64,000 nucleotides of DNA from Pseudomonas aeruginosa PAO1 (GCF_000006765.1 NC_002516.2), one strand, 5' to 3'. Counted from the first letter of the stretch, positions 50,978-60,487 are shown. Numbers and translations: made by a program. The notes: generated by a model not told the origin, from the letters alone.

Positions 50978-51111
50978 GTCCTAGGGGAGTAGTCTCCCGC
51001 GAGCGCCGCACCGGCCTCGCCCGGCACGCGTCAACACACTTGGTCCGCAGACCATGGCGCGCGCGACCCAAGCCTGCCCAGACAGGCCAAGGGTTTGACA
51101 AGACCTATGAC
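50978..51111 (+). ncRNA. yybP-ykoY (Mn2+-sensing) riboswitch
   Basis: Conserved GGGGAGTAG (50984-50992), CGTCAAC (51029-51035) and AGACC (51101-51105); P1 GTCCTAGG/CCTATGAC; upstream of a GDT1/TMEM165 gene, a typical target class. Confidence 0.88.
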
Positions 51112-51185
51112 ACGCACGATCTGACCCGGGGCGGGCAGATGGCGCGTGTCATGGTGATTGGTCGACCCGCCCCTTAGGAAGCCTG

Positions 51186-51764
51186 ATGGAATCGCTGTTC
51201 GTCCCTACCCTCATCGTTGCCCTCGCGGAAATCGGCGACAAGACCCAGTTGCTGGCACTCCTGCTCGCGGCGCGTTTCCGCAAGCCGTGGCCGATCATCG
51301 CCGGCATCGTCGCCGCCACCCTGGCCAACCATTTCGCTGCCGGCGCGGTGGGCGCCTGGGTCGCCAGCTTCTTCTCGGAAGCCACCCTCAGTTGGATCCT
51401 CGCCGCCTCCTTCATCGCCGTCGCCCTGTGGACGCTGGTACCGGACAAGCTCGACGACGAAGAGTCCGGACTGAAGAAATACGGCCCCTTCCTCACCACC
51501 CTGATCGCGTTCTTCCTCGCCGAGATGGGCGACAAGACCCAGGTCGCCACGGTCATGCTGGCCGCCCAGTATCCGCATTTCTGGCTGGTGGTGATCGGCA
51601 CCACCCTGGGCATGCTGATCGCCAACGTACCGGTGGTACTGATCGGCAACCTGGCCGCCGACAAGCTGCCGCTGACCCTGATCCGCCGCCTGGCCGCGGC
51701 CGCCTTCGCCGCACTTGGCCTGTACGCCGCCTGGCACGCCGCGCAATTGACCGGCTGGCTCTGA
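51186..51764 (+). CDS. TMEM165/GDT1 (UPF0016) Mn2+/Ca2+ exporter
   Basis: Two ExGDKTQ motifs (AEIGDKTQ, AEMGDKTQ), about six TM segments. Confidence 0.93.
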   Translation: MESLFVPTLIVALAEIGDKTQLLALLLAARFRKPWPIIAGIVAATLANHFAAGAVGAWVASFFSEATLSWILAASFIAVALWTLVPDKLDDEESGLKKYGPFLTTLIAFFLAEMGDKTQVATVMLAAQYPHFWLVVIGTTLGMLIANVPVVLIGNLAADKLPLTLIRRLAAAAFAALGLYAAWHAAQLTGWL

Positions 51765-51880
51765 AGGACTGCGCCGCCGGGCCCGGGATGGCTGGGCGGC
51801 CAATGCAAAATGCATAGGAACGGCTACAGTTCAGGCAGGCACCGGATGCCTGCCCCACCACTCGCCCTCGAGAGCCGGAG

Positions 51881-52324
51881 ATGCCCTCACACGACCTGAA
51901 ACGACTCGCCCGCCATCACATCGAGCTGTCCTGGAACAAGGGCCGCATGGCGTTGGTGGAGCAGTTGCACAGCAAGGATTTCCTCTACAAAAGCTCGTTC
52001 ATCGGCCGTCCCCTGGATACCGCCGGCTATATCCGCCTGCTGCAGGACATCCGCACGGCGATGCCGGACCTGGAGGTCGTGGTCGAAGACTGCATCGGCG
52101 AGGAACGCAAGGTGTTCACCTGGAGCACGCTGATCGGCACCATCGTCCGGCCGACCCTGGGCTATCCGGCCAGCGACAAGGTGCTGAGCATTTCCGCGAT
52201 GGGCTTCTGGGTGTTCAACCCGCAGGGCCAGTTGCAGGAGCTGTGCACCATGTTCGACATGGAGAGCTTTCGCGCCCAGCTGGGACTGCAGACCCGACCC
52301 TTCGCGGAAAAAACGCTGCCCTAG
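51881..52324 (+). CDS. SnoaL/NTF2-like (ester cyclase/ketosteroid isomerase-like) protein
   Basis: WNKG, IRTAMPDLEV, GEERKV pattern typical of SnoaL-like folds; SD GGAG. Confidence 0.7.
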   Translation: MPSHDLKRLARHHIELSWNKGRMALVEQLHSKDFLYKSSFIGRPLDTAGYIRLLQDIRTAMPDLEVVVEDCIGEERKVFTWSTLIGTIVRPTLGYPASDKVLSISAMGFWVFNPQGQLQELCTMFDMESFRAQLGLQTRPFAEKTLP

Positions 52325-52333
52325 CCAACCGTC

Positions 52334-53323
52334 CTAGGCATTGAAATAGCCGTTGTCGCGGAACCAGTCGATGGCGCGCAGCAGGGTGTCGTCGAGGGCG
52401 GTGGTGGAGAAGAAGCCGAGTTCCTCGCGGGCCTTGCGTCCATCGAGGAACTGCCCGCCAGCCATCACCTCGATGGCGGTTTCGTCGAGCAGCGGCAACT
52501 GGCCGCTGACCCGGTAGCGCAAGCGGCCCAGGGTGGCCAGCGCGCGAGCCATGGCCATCGACATCGGCTGCGGCGCAGGCTGGCCGAGCAGCTCGGCGAT
52601 GCGCCGGGTCAGGTCGGCCATTTCCAGGTTGTGCCCGGTGAGCAGGTAGCGCTCGCCGATACGCCCGCGCTCAAGGGCCATCAGCAGTCCGCGCCCGGCT
52701 TCGGCGGCATCGATGACGTTACGCTGGCCGGCGACGTAGTGGGTCATCTCGCCATTGCCGATGGCGGTGATCACGCGCCCGGTAGTCGGGCCGATGTCCA
52801 GTTCGCCGAGTACCATGCCGGGAATCCCGATCACCACCGGCAGGCCGTTGCGCGCCTGCTCCCGGGCCTGCTCGTCGAGCGCCCATTTGCACAGCACGTA
52901 GGAACTCTTGCCGCTCGGCAGGCTGTCGTAGAACAACCCCTCGTGGCCCGGTAGTCCCTGGGGATGGCGGGGCATGGCATATGCCGAACCGACATAGAGG
53001 ATGCGCGGCACCCTGGCCTGCAGGCAGGCGGCATAGAACGGGTTGGTCTGGCCCAGCGCGCTGGCCACTTCCTCCTGCCAGCGGCGCGGCCGCGAAGGAT
53101 AGTAGCCGGCGCTGAAGATCACCCCGTCGAGGCCGCGCAGGGCGCGTTCCAGGCCGGCGTGGTCGAGCATCTCGGCGACCCGGCACTCGGGCTCCAGATA
53201 GGCGAGACGCTGGATCTGCGAAGAAGGACGGTGGATCAGCACCAGATCGTGACCGGCGGCCCTGATGGCGCGCGCGGCGTGATGTCCCAGCAGGCCGGTG
53301 GCTCCGAGTACGGCGTATTTCAC
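52334..53323 (-). CDS. NAD-dependent epimerase/dehydratase (extended SDR, DFR-like)
   Basis: GATGLLG Rossmann motif, YVLCK (YxxxK); GTG start with GGAG SD, upstream ATG 53359 also possible. Confidence 0.85.
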   Translation of the reverse strand: MKYAVLGATGLLGHHAARAIRAAGHDLVLIHRPSSQIQRLAYLEPECRVAEMLDHAGLERALRGLDGVIFSAGYYPSRPRRWQEEVASALGQTNPFYAACLQARVPRILYVGSAYAMPRHPQGLPGHEGLFYDSLPSGKSSYVLCKWALDEQAREQARNGLPVVIGIPGMVLGELDIGPTTGRVITAIGNGEMTHYVAGQRNVIDAAEAGRGLLMALERGRIGERYLLTGHNLEMADLTRRIAELLGQPAPQPMSMAMARALATLGRLRYRVSGQLPLLDETAIEVMAGGQFLDGRKAREELGFFSTTALDDTLLRAIDWFRDNGYFNA

Positions 53324-53502
53324 ATGAGCTCCAGGGCGTGAGAGTGGCTGTTCGTCCACGGGTCCCGCAAGCGGGTCGGCCAGCAGTCTAGGCCGAACAC
53401 CGGCGAGATACCAAACAGCAGGTTACGGAAATACACAACAGGCGTTTCCGATGGTAAGCCTGTCGGCGCGCCGGCCGCCCCCCGCGACCGCGCGCCCTGG
53501 CC

Positions 53503-54324
53503 TCACTTGCCGCGCCTGGCCTGCTGGTACAGCGGCATCACCTTGGGAATCGCGGCCTGGAGATTGGCCATCCGCGAACTGTCGGAGGGGTGGGTGCTGG
53601 TGAACTCGGGCTGGCTGGCGCCGCCGCTGGCCCTGCCCATCTTCTGCCAGAGGGTGATCGCCGCTTCCGGGTTGTAGCCGGCGCGGGCGGCCAGCTCGAG
53701 ACCGATCAGGTCGGCTTCGTTCTCGTTGGCACGACTGTTGGGCAGGGTCATCAGGTAGTCGACGCCGGTATTGGCCAGTTGCAGGCTTTCCTGGCCGAGG
53801 CCGGCCAGGGCGCCGATCTGGCTGGCCACCTGCACGCCGTAGGCCTTGGACATGGCCTCGCGCCCATGCTCGCGCAGGGCGTGGGCGATCTCGTGGCCCA
53901 TCACCGCGGCTATCTCGTCGTCGGTGAGCTTCAGCTTGTCGATCAGCCCGGTGTAGAAAATGATCTTGCCGCCGGGACCGCAGTTGGCGTTGAGCTCGTC
54001 GCTCTTCACCACATTGACTTCCCAGTTCCAGCCGGTGGCGTCCGGGCGGAAGGCGGCGGTCTGCGGGATCAGCCGCTGGGCGATCGCCTTGACTCGCCGC
54101 GCGTCGGCGCTGCTGGTATCGAGCACGCCGGCGCTTTTCGCCTCGCCGAGAGTCTTCTGGTACGACTGGGCGTACATCTGGTCGACTTCCTGGCTGGACA
54201 ACATGCTGAACATGTATTGCTTGCGGTCGACGCCGACGGCGCCGCCACTGGTGGTGTTCACTGCCTGGCAACCGGCGAGCAGCAGCGCGCCGGCGAGGGT
54301 GGCGAATCGGAAGGGATGAGCCAT
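53503..54324 (-). CDS. M48-family zinc metallopeptidase lipoprotein (LoiP/YggG-like)
   Basis: Lipobox LLAGC, HEIAH (HExxH), ENEADLIG, STHP. Confidence 0.9.
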   Translation of the reverse strand: MAHPFRFATLAGALLLAGCQAVNTTSGGAVGVDRKQYMFSMLSSQEVDQMYAQSYQKTLGEAKSAGVLDTSSADARRVKAIAQRLIPQTAAFRPDATGWNWEVNVVKSDELNANCGPGGKIIFYTGLIDKLKLTDDEIAAVMGHEIAHALREHGREAMSKAYGVQVASQIGALAGLGQESLQLANTGVDYLMTLPNSRANENEADLIGLELAARAGYNPEAAITLWQKMGRASGGASQPEFTSTHPSDSSRMANLQAAIPKVMPLYQQARRGK

Positions 54325-54486
54325 GGTCCTTTGTTCTCCTCTGAAGGCCGAGCGCATGGTAGGCCGCGCCTCGAACGCGGGCAACAGCCGTTGGCGAGGA
54401 AATCTCCGACGGCCGATTAAGGATTTGCCGTCCTCCTGCCGATAAGCTCCTCAGAGACAATTCCAACAAGGGTCAGAAGTCCCATC

Positions 54487-56625
54487 ATGAAGCTCAAGTC
54501 GATCCAGTTTTCTGTCGCCGCCCTCGCCGGCGCCAGCGTTCTAAGCGTCGTCGTGGTGCTGGTGCTGTACGCCCTGTTCGCCGGCGCGCGAACGCAGGAG
54601 CTGGTGCAGCAACGCACCCAGGGCCTGTTGGAGAAGGTCATCAACGAGCGCCTGGTGGCCCTGGCCCGCGCCCAGGTCAGCCAGATCCAGCGCGAGTTGG
54701 AGTATCCGCTGACGGTGGTCCACGGCCTGGCCAACAGCACCCGCCTGCTCGGCGAGCCGGGCGCCGACGGCATGCCGCAGCTGAACGCCAGCCGCGACGA
54801 AATCTCCGCGCTGCTGCGCAGCACCGTGCAGAACAACCCCAAGCTGCTCGACACCTTCATGGCCTGGGAACCCAATGCCTTCGATACCGATGCCGCCTTC
54901 GCCGGGCAACCCGGCAAGGGCTACGGCCCGGACGGCCGCTACCTACCCTGGTGGTATCGCGGCGCCGACGGCAAGCCGATCGTGGAGGCCATGGCCGACA
55001 GCATCGATAGCGAAAAGCTGCTGCCCACCGGGGTGCGCGAGAACGAGTTCTATGCCTGTCCGAAAGAGAACAAGCGTCCCTGCATCATCGACCCGGCCCC
55101 TTACGAAATGGGCGGCAAGACCGTGATGATGTCGTCCTTCAACGTGCCGATCATGGTCGGTGACCAGTTCCGCGGCGCAGTCGGTGCCGACCTCTCGCTG
55201 GCCTTCATCCAGGACCTGCTCAAGCGCGCCGACCAGCAGCTCTACGATGGCGCCGGGGAAATGGCGCTGATCGCCAGCAACGGCCGCCTGGTGGCCTACA
55301 CCCGCGACGACAGCAAGCTCGGCGAGCCCGCCGGCAGCGTCCTCGACGGCAACGAAGTGGACAACCTGAAAAACCTCACGGTCGACCAGCCGCTCTACGA
55401 CATCGACGCCGAGCACGGCCACATCGAGCTGTTCCTGCCTTTCACCATCGCCGACAGCGGCGTGCGCTGGACCCTCATGCTGCAGATTCCCCAGGCGGCG
55501 GTATTCGGCGAACTGCAGCAACTCCAGGGCGAGCTGAGCGACCAGCGCCAGCAGGATATCCTCGGCATGAGCCTGGCCGGCCTGGTGGTAGCGGCCCTCG
55601 GCCTGCTGGTGGTCTGGCTGGTCGGCTACGGCATCGCCCGGCCGCTGCGCCAATTGGTCGGCATGCTCGACGACATCGCCCAGGGCGAAGGCGACCTCAC
55701 CCGCCGCCTGAGCAGCGAGCGCGCCGACGAGCTGGGCTCCATCGCCAAGGGCTTCAATACCTTCCTTGGCAAACTGCAGAACATGATCGGCCAGGTGGTG
55801 CAATCGGTGCAGAAGGTCAGCGACTCCTCGGAGCACACCGCCGACATCGCCATCCGCACCAACCAGGGCGTGCAGCAGCAACTGGCGGAGATCGAACTGG
55901 TGGCCACCGCGGTCCACGAGATGACCGCCACCGCCCAGGACGTGGCGCGCAACGCCACCCACGCCGCCGAGGCAGCCAACCACGCGGACCAGGCCGCGCA
56001 CCAGGGCAAGCAGATCGTCGAAAGCAGCTCGGCGGCGATCCAGGCCCTGGCCAGCGAGATTGGCCGCGCGGTCGGAGTGGTGCAGAACCTGGCCAAGGAC
56101 AGCGAAAACATCAACGCGATCCTGGTGGCGATCCGCGGTATCGCCGAGCAGACCAACCTGCTCGCCCTCAACGCCGCCATCGAGGCCGCCCGCGCCGGCG
56201 AGCAGGGTCGCGGTTTCGCGGTGGTGGCCGACGAGGTACGCAACCTGGCGCAGAAGACCCAGCAGGCCACCGAAGAAATCCAGAGCATGATCCAGCAGTT
56301 GCAGCAGGGCACCCGCGACGTGGTGAAGGTCATGCAGGACAGCCAGGAGCGCACCGACGACAGCGTGCGCCATGCGCGCCAGGCGGCCGAGGCGCTGGAA
56401 TCGATCACCCAGGCGGTATCGGTGATCAACGACATGAACACCCAGATCGCCAGCGCCGCCGAGGAGCAGAGCGCGGTGGCCGAGGACATCAACCGCAACG
56501 TCGCCAACATCGGCCAGGTCGCCAACCAGGTGGCCGGCGGCGCCGACGAGGCCTCGCAGGCCAGCGCCGAGCTGACCCGCCTGGCCGAGCAGCAGCGGCG
56601 CCTGGTGAATCAGTTCAGGGTCTAG
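54487..56625 (+). CDS. Methyl-accepting chemotaxis protein (TM-dCache-TM-HAMP-MA)
   Basis: Two TM segments, periplasmic sensor (IIDPAPY), [35 protein letters not shown]. Confidence 0.95.
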   Translation: MKLKSIQFSVAALAGASVLSVVVVLVLYALFAGARTQELVQQRTQGLLEKVINERLVALARAQVSQIQRELEYPLTVVHGLANSTRLLGEPGADGMPQLNASRDEISALLRSTVQNNPKLLDTFMAWEPNAFDTDAAFAGQPGKGYGPDGRYLPWWYRGADGKPIVEAMADSIDSEKLLPTGVRENEFYACPKENKRPCIIDPAPYEMGGKTVMMSSFNVPIMVGDQFRGAVGADLSLAFIQDLLKRADQQLYDGAGEMALIASNGRLVAYTRDDSKLGEPAGSVLDGNEVDNLKNLTVDQPLYDIDAEHGHIELFLPFTIADSGVRWTLMLQIPQAAVFGELQQLQGELSDQRQQDILGMSLAGLVVAALGLLVVWLVGYGIARPLRQLVGMLDDIAQGEGDLTRRLSSERADELGSIAKGFNTFLGKLQNMIGQVVQSVQKVSDSSEHTADIAIRTNQGVQQQLAEIELVATAVHEMTATAQDVARNATHAAEAANHADQAAHQGKQIVESSSAAIQALASEIGRAVGVVQNLAKDSENINAILVAIRGIAEQTNLLALNAAIEAARAGEQGRGFAVVADEVRNLAQKTQQATEEIQSMIQQLQQGTRDVVKVMQDSQERTDDSVRHARQAAEALESITQAVSVINDMNTQIASAAEEQSAVAEDINRNVANIGQVANQVAGGADEASQASAELTRLAEQQRRLVNQFRV

Positions 56626-56627
56626 CG

Positions 56628-57242
56628 TCAGGCCGGGGTCAGGCACTCCGGCCCGTCGGTTTCAGGCTTGTTGACGAAGCCGGCCAGGGCCACGCTGCGC
56701 AGGTTCGGCTGGGGCTTGGCGAGCAGGCTTATCAGCGCCGGCAGCGGCGTGTCCGGAGCCAGCCAGGTATCCTGCTCGGCCTCGTCGAGCAGCAGCGGCC
56801 GGCGGAACTCGGCGGCCGCCTGGGATACCTGGGCCACGCTGAGCCAGGTTTGTCCATGCACCGGATAGGCCTCCCAGATGCCGGCGAAGAACAACAGGCG
56901 CTCGCCGGTGGAGACCCAGTACGGACGCTTACGCACCCCGCGCCATTCATAGAAGCCGTTGGCCGGCAGCAGGCAGCGGCGCTGCTGGAACGCCTCGCGG
57001 AACATCGGTTGCTCGGCGAGGGTTTCCGCCCGTGCGTGGCTGGGCGTACGCGACAGGTCGGTGAGCCAGGCCGGGGTCAGCCCCCAGCGCGCCAGGTCGG
57101 CGCGGCGCGCACCGGCGTCCTCGCGAACCATCAGCACCTGGTTCGCCGGAGAAATGTTCCACTGCGCCCGCCAATCCGCCGGAAAGCCCGGCAGGGCCGC
57201 CAGCGACGGATTCCAGCGGAACAGGGCGTAACGACCACTCAT
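56628..57242 (-). CDS. SRAP/YedK (HMCES-like) family protein with degenerate active site
   Basis: MSGRY, WNISP, RWGL, HARAET, RCLLPANGFYEW, FAGIW; Ser at position 2 where the family has Cys. Confidence 0.85.
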   Translation of the reverse strand: MSGRYALFRWNPSLAALPGFPADWRAQWNISPANQVLMVREDAGARRADLARWGLTPAWLTDLSRTPSHARAETLAEQPMFREAFQQRRCLLPANGFYEWRGVRKRPYWVSTGERLLFFAGIWEAYPVHGQTWLSVAQVSQAAAEFRRPLLLDEAEQDTWLAPDTPLPALISLLAKPQPNLRSVALAGFVNKPETDGPECLTPA

Positions 57243-57337
57243 GCTTGGCACTGCCTGGTGAGGGAAAGCCGCACAGTGTAACCCGAAGCGCCACACTGGC
57301 CTTGCCGAACGCAAGCTGAATGAAACCCAATCTTAAC

Positions 57338-57366
57338 TTGACGCGCCTATCCTCCAGGCTTAAGGT
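57338..57366 (+). promoter_or_regulatory. Putative sigma70 promoter for the mgtC leader
   Basis: TTGACG-17 nt-TAAGGT; a CCGAAC-N5-CTGAAT direct repeat (reverse PhoP-box-like) lies at 57305-57321. Confidence 0.6.
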
Positions 57367-57403
57367 GCCGCCCGCATTCTGTAACCCACACAGGAGTCCT
57401 GCA

Positions 57404-57451
57404 TTGGACAACAGCCCTAGTCGATTGCGACAGGTCCATCCGGCGAGCTAG
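57404..57451 (+). CDS. Putative leader peptide MDNSPSRLRQVHPAS
   Basis: SD AGGAG (57392-57396), 7-nt spacer, TTG start, TAG stop; inside the predicted mgtC 5' leader. Confidence 0.4.
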   Translation: MDNSPSRLRQVHPAS

Positions 57452-57667
57452 TCCAGCAGAACCCTCTGCCACTGCCTCGCCGAACATGGCGGACAGTGGC
57501 GATCCGCATCCCGTCCGGGATGACGCATCCCCATTTTCCCTTCGTGTCCCTTCCCTCGCGCCAACCGCGCAGCGGGAAGCCGCGGTCCTGCGCAATCCAT
57601 CGTCCCTTATCCGCGCGGACCGTCGGCCCGCGCCAGCTCCGGCCGTCGGCCGGCAACGAGGTGAAAC

Positions 57668-58372
57668 ATGGATTGGAAAGTATTTCTCCTGCGCGTCGCG
57701 GTCGCGCTGGTCCTGGGCGCCCTGATCGGCGCCGAACGCCAGCTGCGCCAACGCCTCACCGGCCTGCGCACCAACGCGCTGGTCAGCACTGGCGCCTGCC
57801 TGTTCGTGCTGATGACCCAGGGCGTGCCCGGCCTGGCCGGCGACGCTTCACGGATCGCCGCCTATGTAGTCTCCGGGATCGGCTTCCTCGGCGGCGGCGT
57901 GATCATGCGCGACGGCCTCAACGTGCGCGGCCTGAACACCGCAGCCACCCTCTGGTGCACCGCCGCCATCGGCGTCCTGTGCAGCATGGGCCTGCTGCTG
58001 GAGGCCACGCTCGGCAGCCTGGTGGTGCTCTGCGCCAACATCCTGTTGCGCGACATCGCCCAACGCCTGAACCGCCAGGACGTGTTGCCGGCCAGCGAGG
58101 CCGAGCAACGCTACGAAGTGCAGATCGTCTGCCGCGCCGAGGACGAGATCCAGGTTCGCAGCCTGATGCTGCACAGCCTCGGCAGCAGCGACCTGCGCCT
58201 GCAATCGCTGCACAGCGAGGATCTGGACAACCCGGCCAAGCTGGAAGTCCGCGCCGAACTGCTCGGCACCCCCGAAGCTCCGGCGCAGCTGGAACGCCTG
58301 GTCAGCCGGGTCAGCCTGGAGAAGGGCGTCAGCTCGGTGCGCTGGCAGGTCTTCGAACTGGCGGCCGACTGA
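57668..58372 (+). CDS. mgtC: MgtC/SapB family protein
   Basis: IGAERQLRQRLTGLRTNALV, RIAAYVVSGIGFLGGG, GLNTAATLW, C-terminal ACT-like domain; SD GAGGTG. Confidence 0.93.
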   Translation: MDWKVFLLRVAVALVLGALIGAERQLRQRLTGLRTNALVSTGACLFVLMTQGVPGLAGDASRIAAYVVSGIGFLGGGVIMRDGLNVRGLNTAATLWCTAAIGVLCSMGLLLEATLGSLVVLCANILLRDIAQRLNRQDVLPASEAEQRYEVQIVCRAEDEIQVRSLMLHSLGSSDLRLQSLHSEDLDNPAKLEVRAELLGTPEAPAQLERLVSRVSLEKGVSSVRWQVFELAAD

Positions 58373-58384
58373 GCGGCGGCCGCC

Positions 58385-58648
58385 TCAACACAACAGGCTG
58401 CCGGGGCCGCAGGGCTCCGGCGGCTCCTCGGCCAACGGGGCGGCGGCGTTGTAGGCGAGGATCAGTTCTCGCGCCCGCTCCGTCTGCTCGTCCGCCACCA
58501 ACAACGCCAGCAGTCCGCCAGGCGGCAGTTCGCCGATGGCGCCGACCAGGTGGCGGCCGCTGACATGGGCGGCGATCCCTTCGCTGGCGAGCATTCCCAC
58601 CAGCATCTCGGCCTCCAGCAGGTCGGCCGGCTCATATACGCGCTGCAT
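58385..58648 (-). CDS. DUF2007 (putative signal-transducing, PII-like) small protein
   Basis: MQRVYEPADLLEAEMLVGMLASEGI...GAIGELP pattern; ATG overlaps the upstream TGA. Confidence 0.8.
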   Translation of the reverse strand: MQRVYEPADLLEAEMLVGMLASEGIAAHVSGRHLVGAIGELPPGGLLALLVADEQTERARELILAYNAAAPLAEEPPEPCGPGSLLC

Positions 58649-58830
58649 CAGTCATCCTCCCGGCGGACGTTCAGTGACCAGTCCTGCCCATCGGTGCGCA
58701 GGTCGAACAGGATCGGCCGGCAGCACACCGGGCAGTCCTCGTAGTACTGCTGGTCGCCGGCGCTCAGGTCGAGCAGCGCCTCGGCCGGTTCCCCGCAGTA
58801 AGGGCAGCTATAGGCCTGGCTTTCGAGCAT
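58648..58830 (-). CDS. CPXCG-motif cysteine-rich (zinc-ribbon) small protein
   Basis: CPYCG...DLSAGDQQYYEDCPVCCRPI; 60 aa. Confidence 0.85.
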   Translation of the reverse strand: MLESQAYSCPYCGEPAEALLDLSAGDQQYYEDCPVCCRPILFDLRTDGQDWSLNVRREDD

Positions 58831-58927
58831 CGCTGCACCCCCTATGAGTTCCGTTTATAATCGCGCGGTTCAATTTTCGGCCACCCCCTTGGGCGGCCTT
58901 CGCAGCATCCATATGGAACCAGAAAGC

Positions 58928-60088
58928 ATGATGGGCGAGTTCGAAGCCATCCGACCCTACAGTGACGCCGAAGTCCCCGCGGTATTGCAACGCCTCCTGA
59001 GCGACGACGCCTTCCTCGGCGCCCTGGTCCGCTACCGCTTCCCGCGCCTGGCCGGTCCCCTCGGTTGGCTGCTCAAACCTCTTATAGCCCATCGCCTGGC
59101 CCGCGAGGTCACCGGCATCCGCAGCGTCGCCACGCTGCAGGACAAGTTCGAGCCCTACGTCGACCACACCATCGAGAAGGCCACCGATGGCGTCACCTAC
59201 TCCGGGGTCAATCGCCTCAAGCCAGGCTGCGCCTACCTGTTCATCGCCAACCACCGCGATATCGTGATGGACCCGGCCTTCGTCAACTACGCCGTGTACC
59301 ACGCCGGCCTGCCGACCCCGCGCATCGCCATCGGCGACAACCTGCTGCAGAAATCCTTCGTCAGCGACCTGATGCGCCTGAACAAGAGCTTCATCGTGCA
59401 CCGTTCGCTGAGCGGCCGGCGCGAGAAGCTCGCCGCCTACCAGACGCTCTCCGCCTACATCAACCACTCGATCCGCGAGGACCGCCAGTCGGTGTGGATC
59501 GCCCAGGCCGAAGGACGGGCCAAGGACGGCGACGACCGTACCGACTCGGCGATACTCAAGATGTTCCACATGAGCCGCAAGGACGAACCCTTCGCCGAAA
59601 TGGTGCGCGCCCTGCATTTCATCCCGGTGTCGATCAGCTACGAATACGACCCCTGCGACCTGGCCAAGGCCCGCGAGTTGCACACCCGCGCCAGCACCGG
59701 CGAGTACCGCAAGGCGCCGGGCGAGGACGATGCCAGCATCGCCCTGGGCATCACCGGCTACAAGGGCCGCGTGCACATCAACTTCGGTGCCGAGCTGGAG
59801 GGCGAGTTCAGCGACGCCAAGCAGCTGGCCGCCGAACTGGACCGGCAGATCCTCGGCAACTACCGTCTGTTCCCGGTGCACTACCTGGCCTACGAGATGA
59901 GCGAGAACCGCGACCCGGGCCTCGCCGTCCCCACGGCCGAGAGCCTGTTCGGCAGCGAGGAGCTGGAGAAGGCGCGCAAGGAATGGAACCGCCGCCTGGA
60001 GCAATGCCCGGCCGAGCAGCGCTCCTGGCTGGTGCTGCAATACGCCAACCCGGTGCTCAACCAATACCGGATCAAGCAGCAATCCTGA
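58928..60088 (+). CDS. Phospholipid/glycerol acyltransferase (PlsC superfamily)
   Basis: FEAIRPY, IANHRDIVMD, AIGDNL, WIAQAEGRAKDG, SISYEYDP; start could also be 58913. Confidence 0.85.
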   Translation: MMGEFEAIRPYSDAEVPAVLQRLLSDDAFLGALVRYRFPRLAGPLGWLLKPLIAHRLAREVTGIRSVATLQDKFEPYVDHTIEKATDGVTYSGVNRLKPGCAYLFIANHRDIVMDPAFVNYAVYHAGLPTPRIAIGDNLLQKSFVSDLMRLNKSFIVHRSLSGRREKLAAYQTLSAYINHSIREDRQSVWIAQAEGRAKDGDDRTDSAILKMFHMSRKDEPFAEMVRALHFIPVSISYEYDPCDLAKARELHTRASTGEYRKAPGEDDASIALGITGYKGRVHINFGAELEGEFSDAKQLAAELDRQILGNYRLFPVHYLAYEMSENRDPGLAVPTAESLFGSEELEKARKEWNRRLEQCPAEQRSWLVLQYANPVLNQYRIKQQS

Positions 60089-60094
60089 AGACGA

Positions 60095-60115
60095 AAGCCC
60101 GGCGCCGCCGGGCTT
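60095..60115. terminator. Probable terminator hairpin after the acyltransferase gene
   Basis: AAGCCCGGC-GCC-GCCGGGCTT, with only a short U tract. Confidence 0.5.
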
Positions 60116-60150
60116 CTCCATCGGGCAACGGCTTCGAACCCGCAGGCGAT

Positions 60151-60178
60151 GGACGGATAACCGCGATACGCTTATCCG
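60151..60178. repeat. REP-like palindrome
   Basis: GGACGGATAACCGC...GCTTATCCG between convergent genes; related to 37836-37861. Confidence 0.5.
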
Positions 60179-60208
60179 CGTGCGGTTCGGCTCGCCGAGG
60201 CAGGGCTC

Positions 60209-60487
60209 TCAGAGCCGCGTGCTGGCCCAGCTGACCAGCAGCGCCAGGCCCAGGCAGGCGGTGCCGAATCGGTAGAAGAACAGGTTGATCCGCAGGGTCG
60301 CCTCGTCCATCGGCAATGCCGCCTCCCCCGCCTCGCCCTCCGCGGCCCAGCGCGCCAGGGCGCGACGCTCGCGTGCGCGGGTGGCCAGCAGCAGCCAGGC
60401 GCCGGCGACACCGAAGAACAGCGCAAGGCCGTTCACGGCCTGCGCGGGATGGGCGAGGAACAGCGCCCACAAGGCTTGCAAGGACAT
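60209..60487 (-). CDS. Small two-TM membrane protein (92 aa)
   Basis: MSLQALWALFLAHPAQAVNGLALFFGVAGAWLLLATR...INLFFYRFGTACLGLALLVSW; SD GGAGG. Confidence 0.8.
   Translation of the reverse strand: MSLQALWALFLAHPAQAVNGLALFFGVAGAWLLLATRARERRALARWAAEGEAGEAALPMDEATLRINLFFYRFGTACLGLALLVSWASTRL

Noticed and set aside
57496-58563. Pro-rich 355-aa ORF beginning in the mgtC leader as an mgtP-like leader
   Set aside because: Runs out of frame through the whole of mgtC and lacks an SD; the short TTG uORF is the better candidate.
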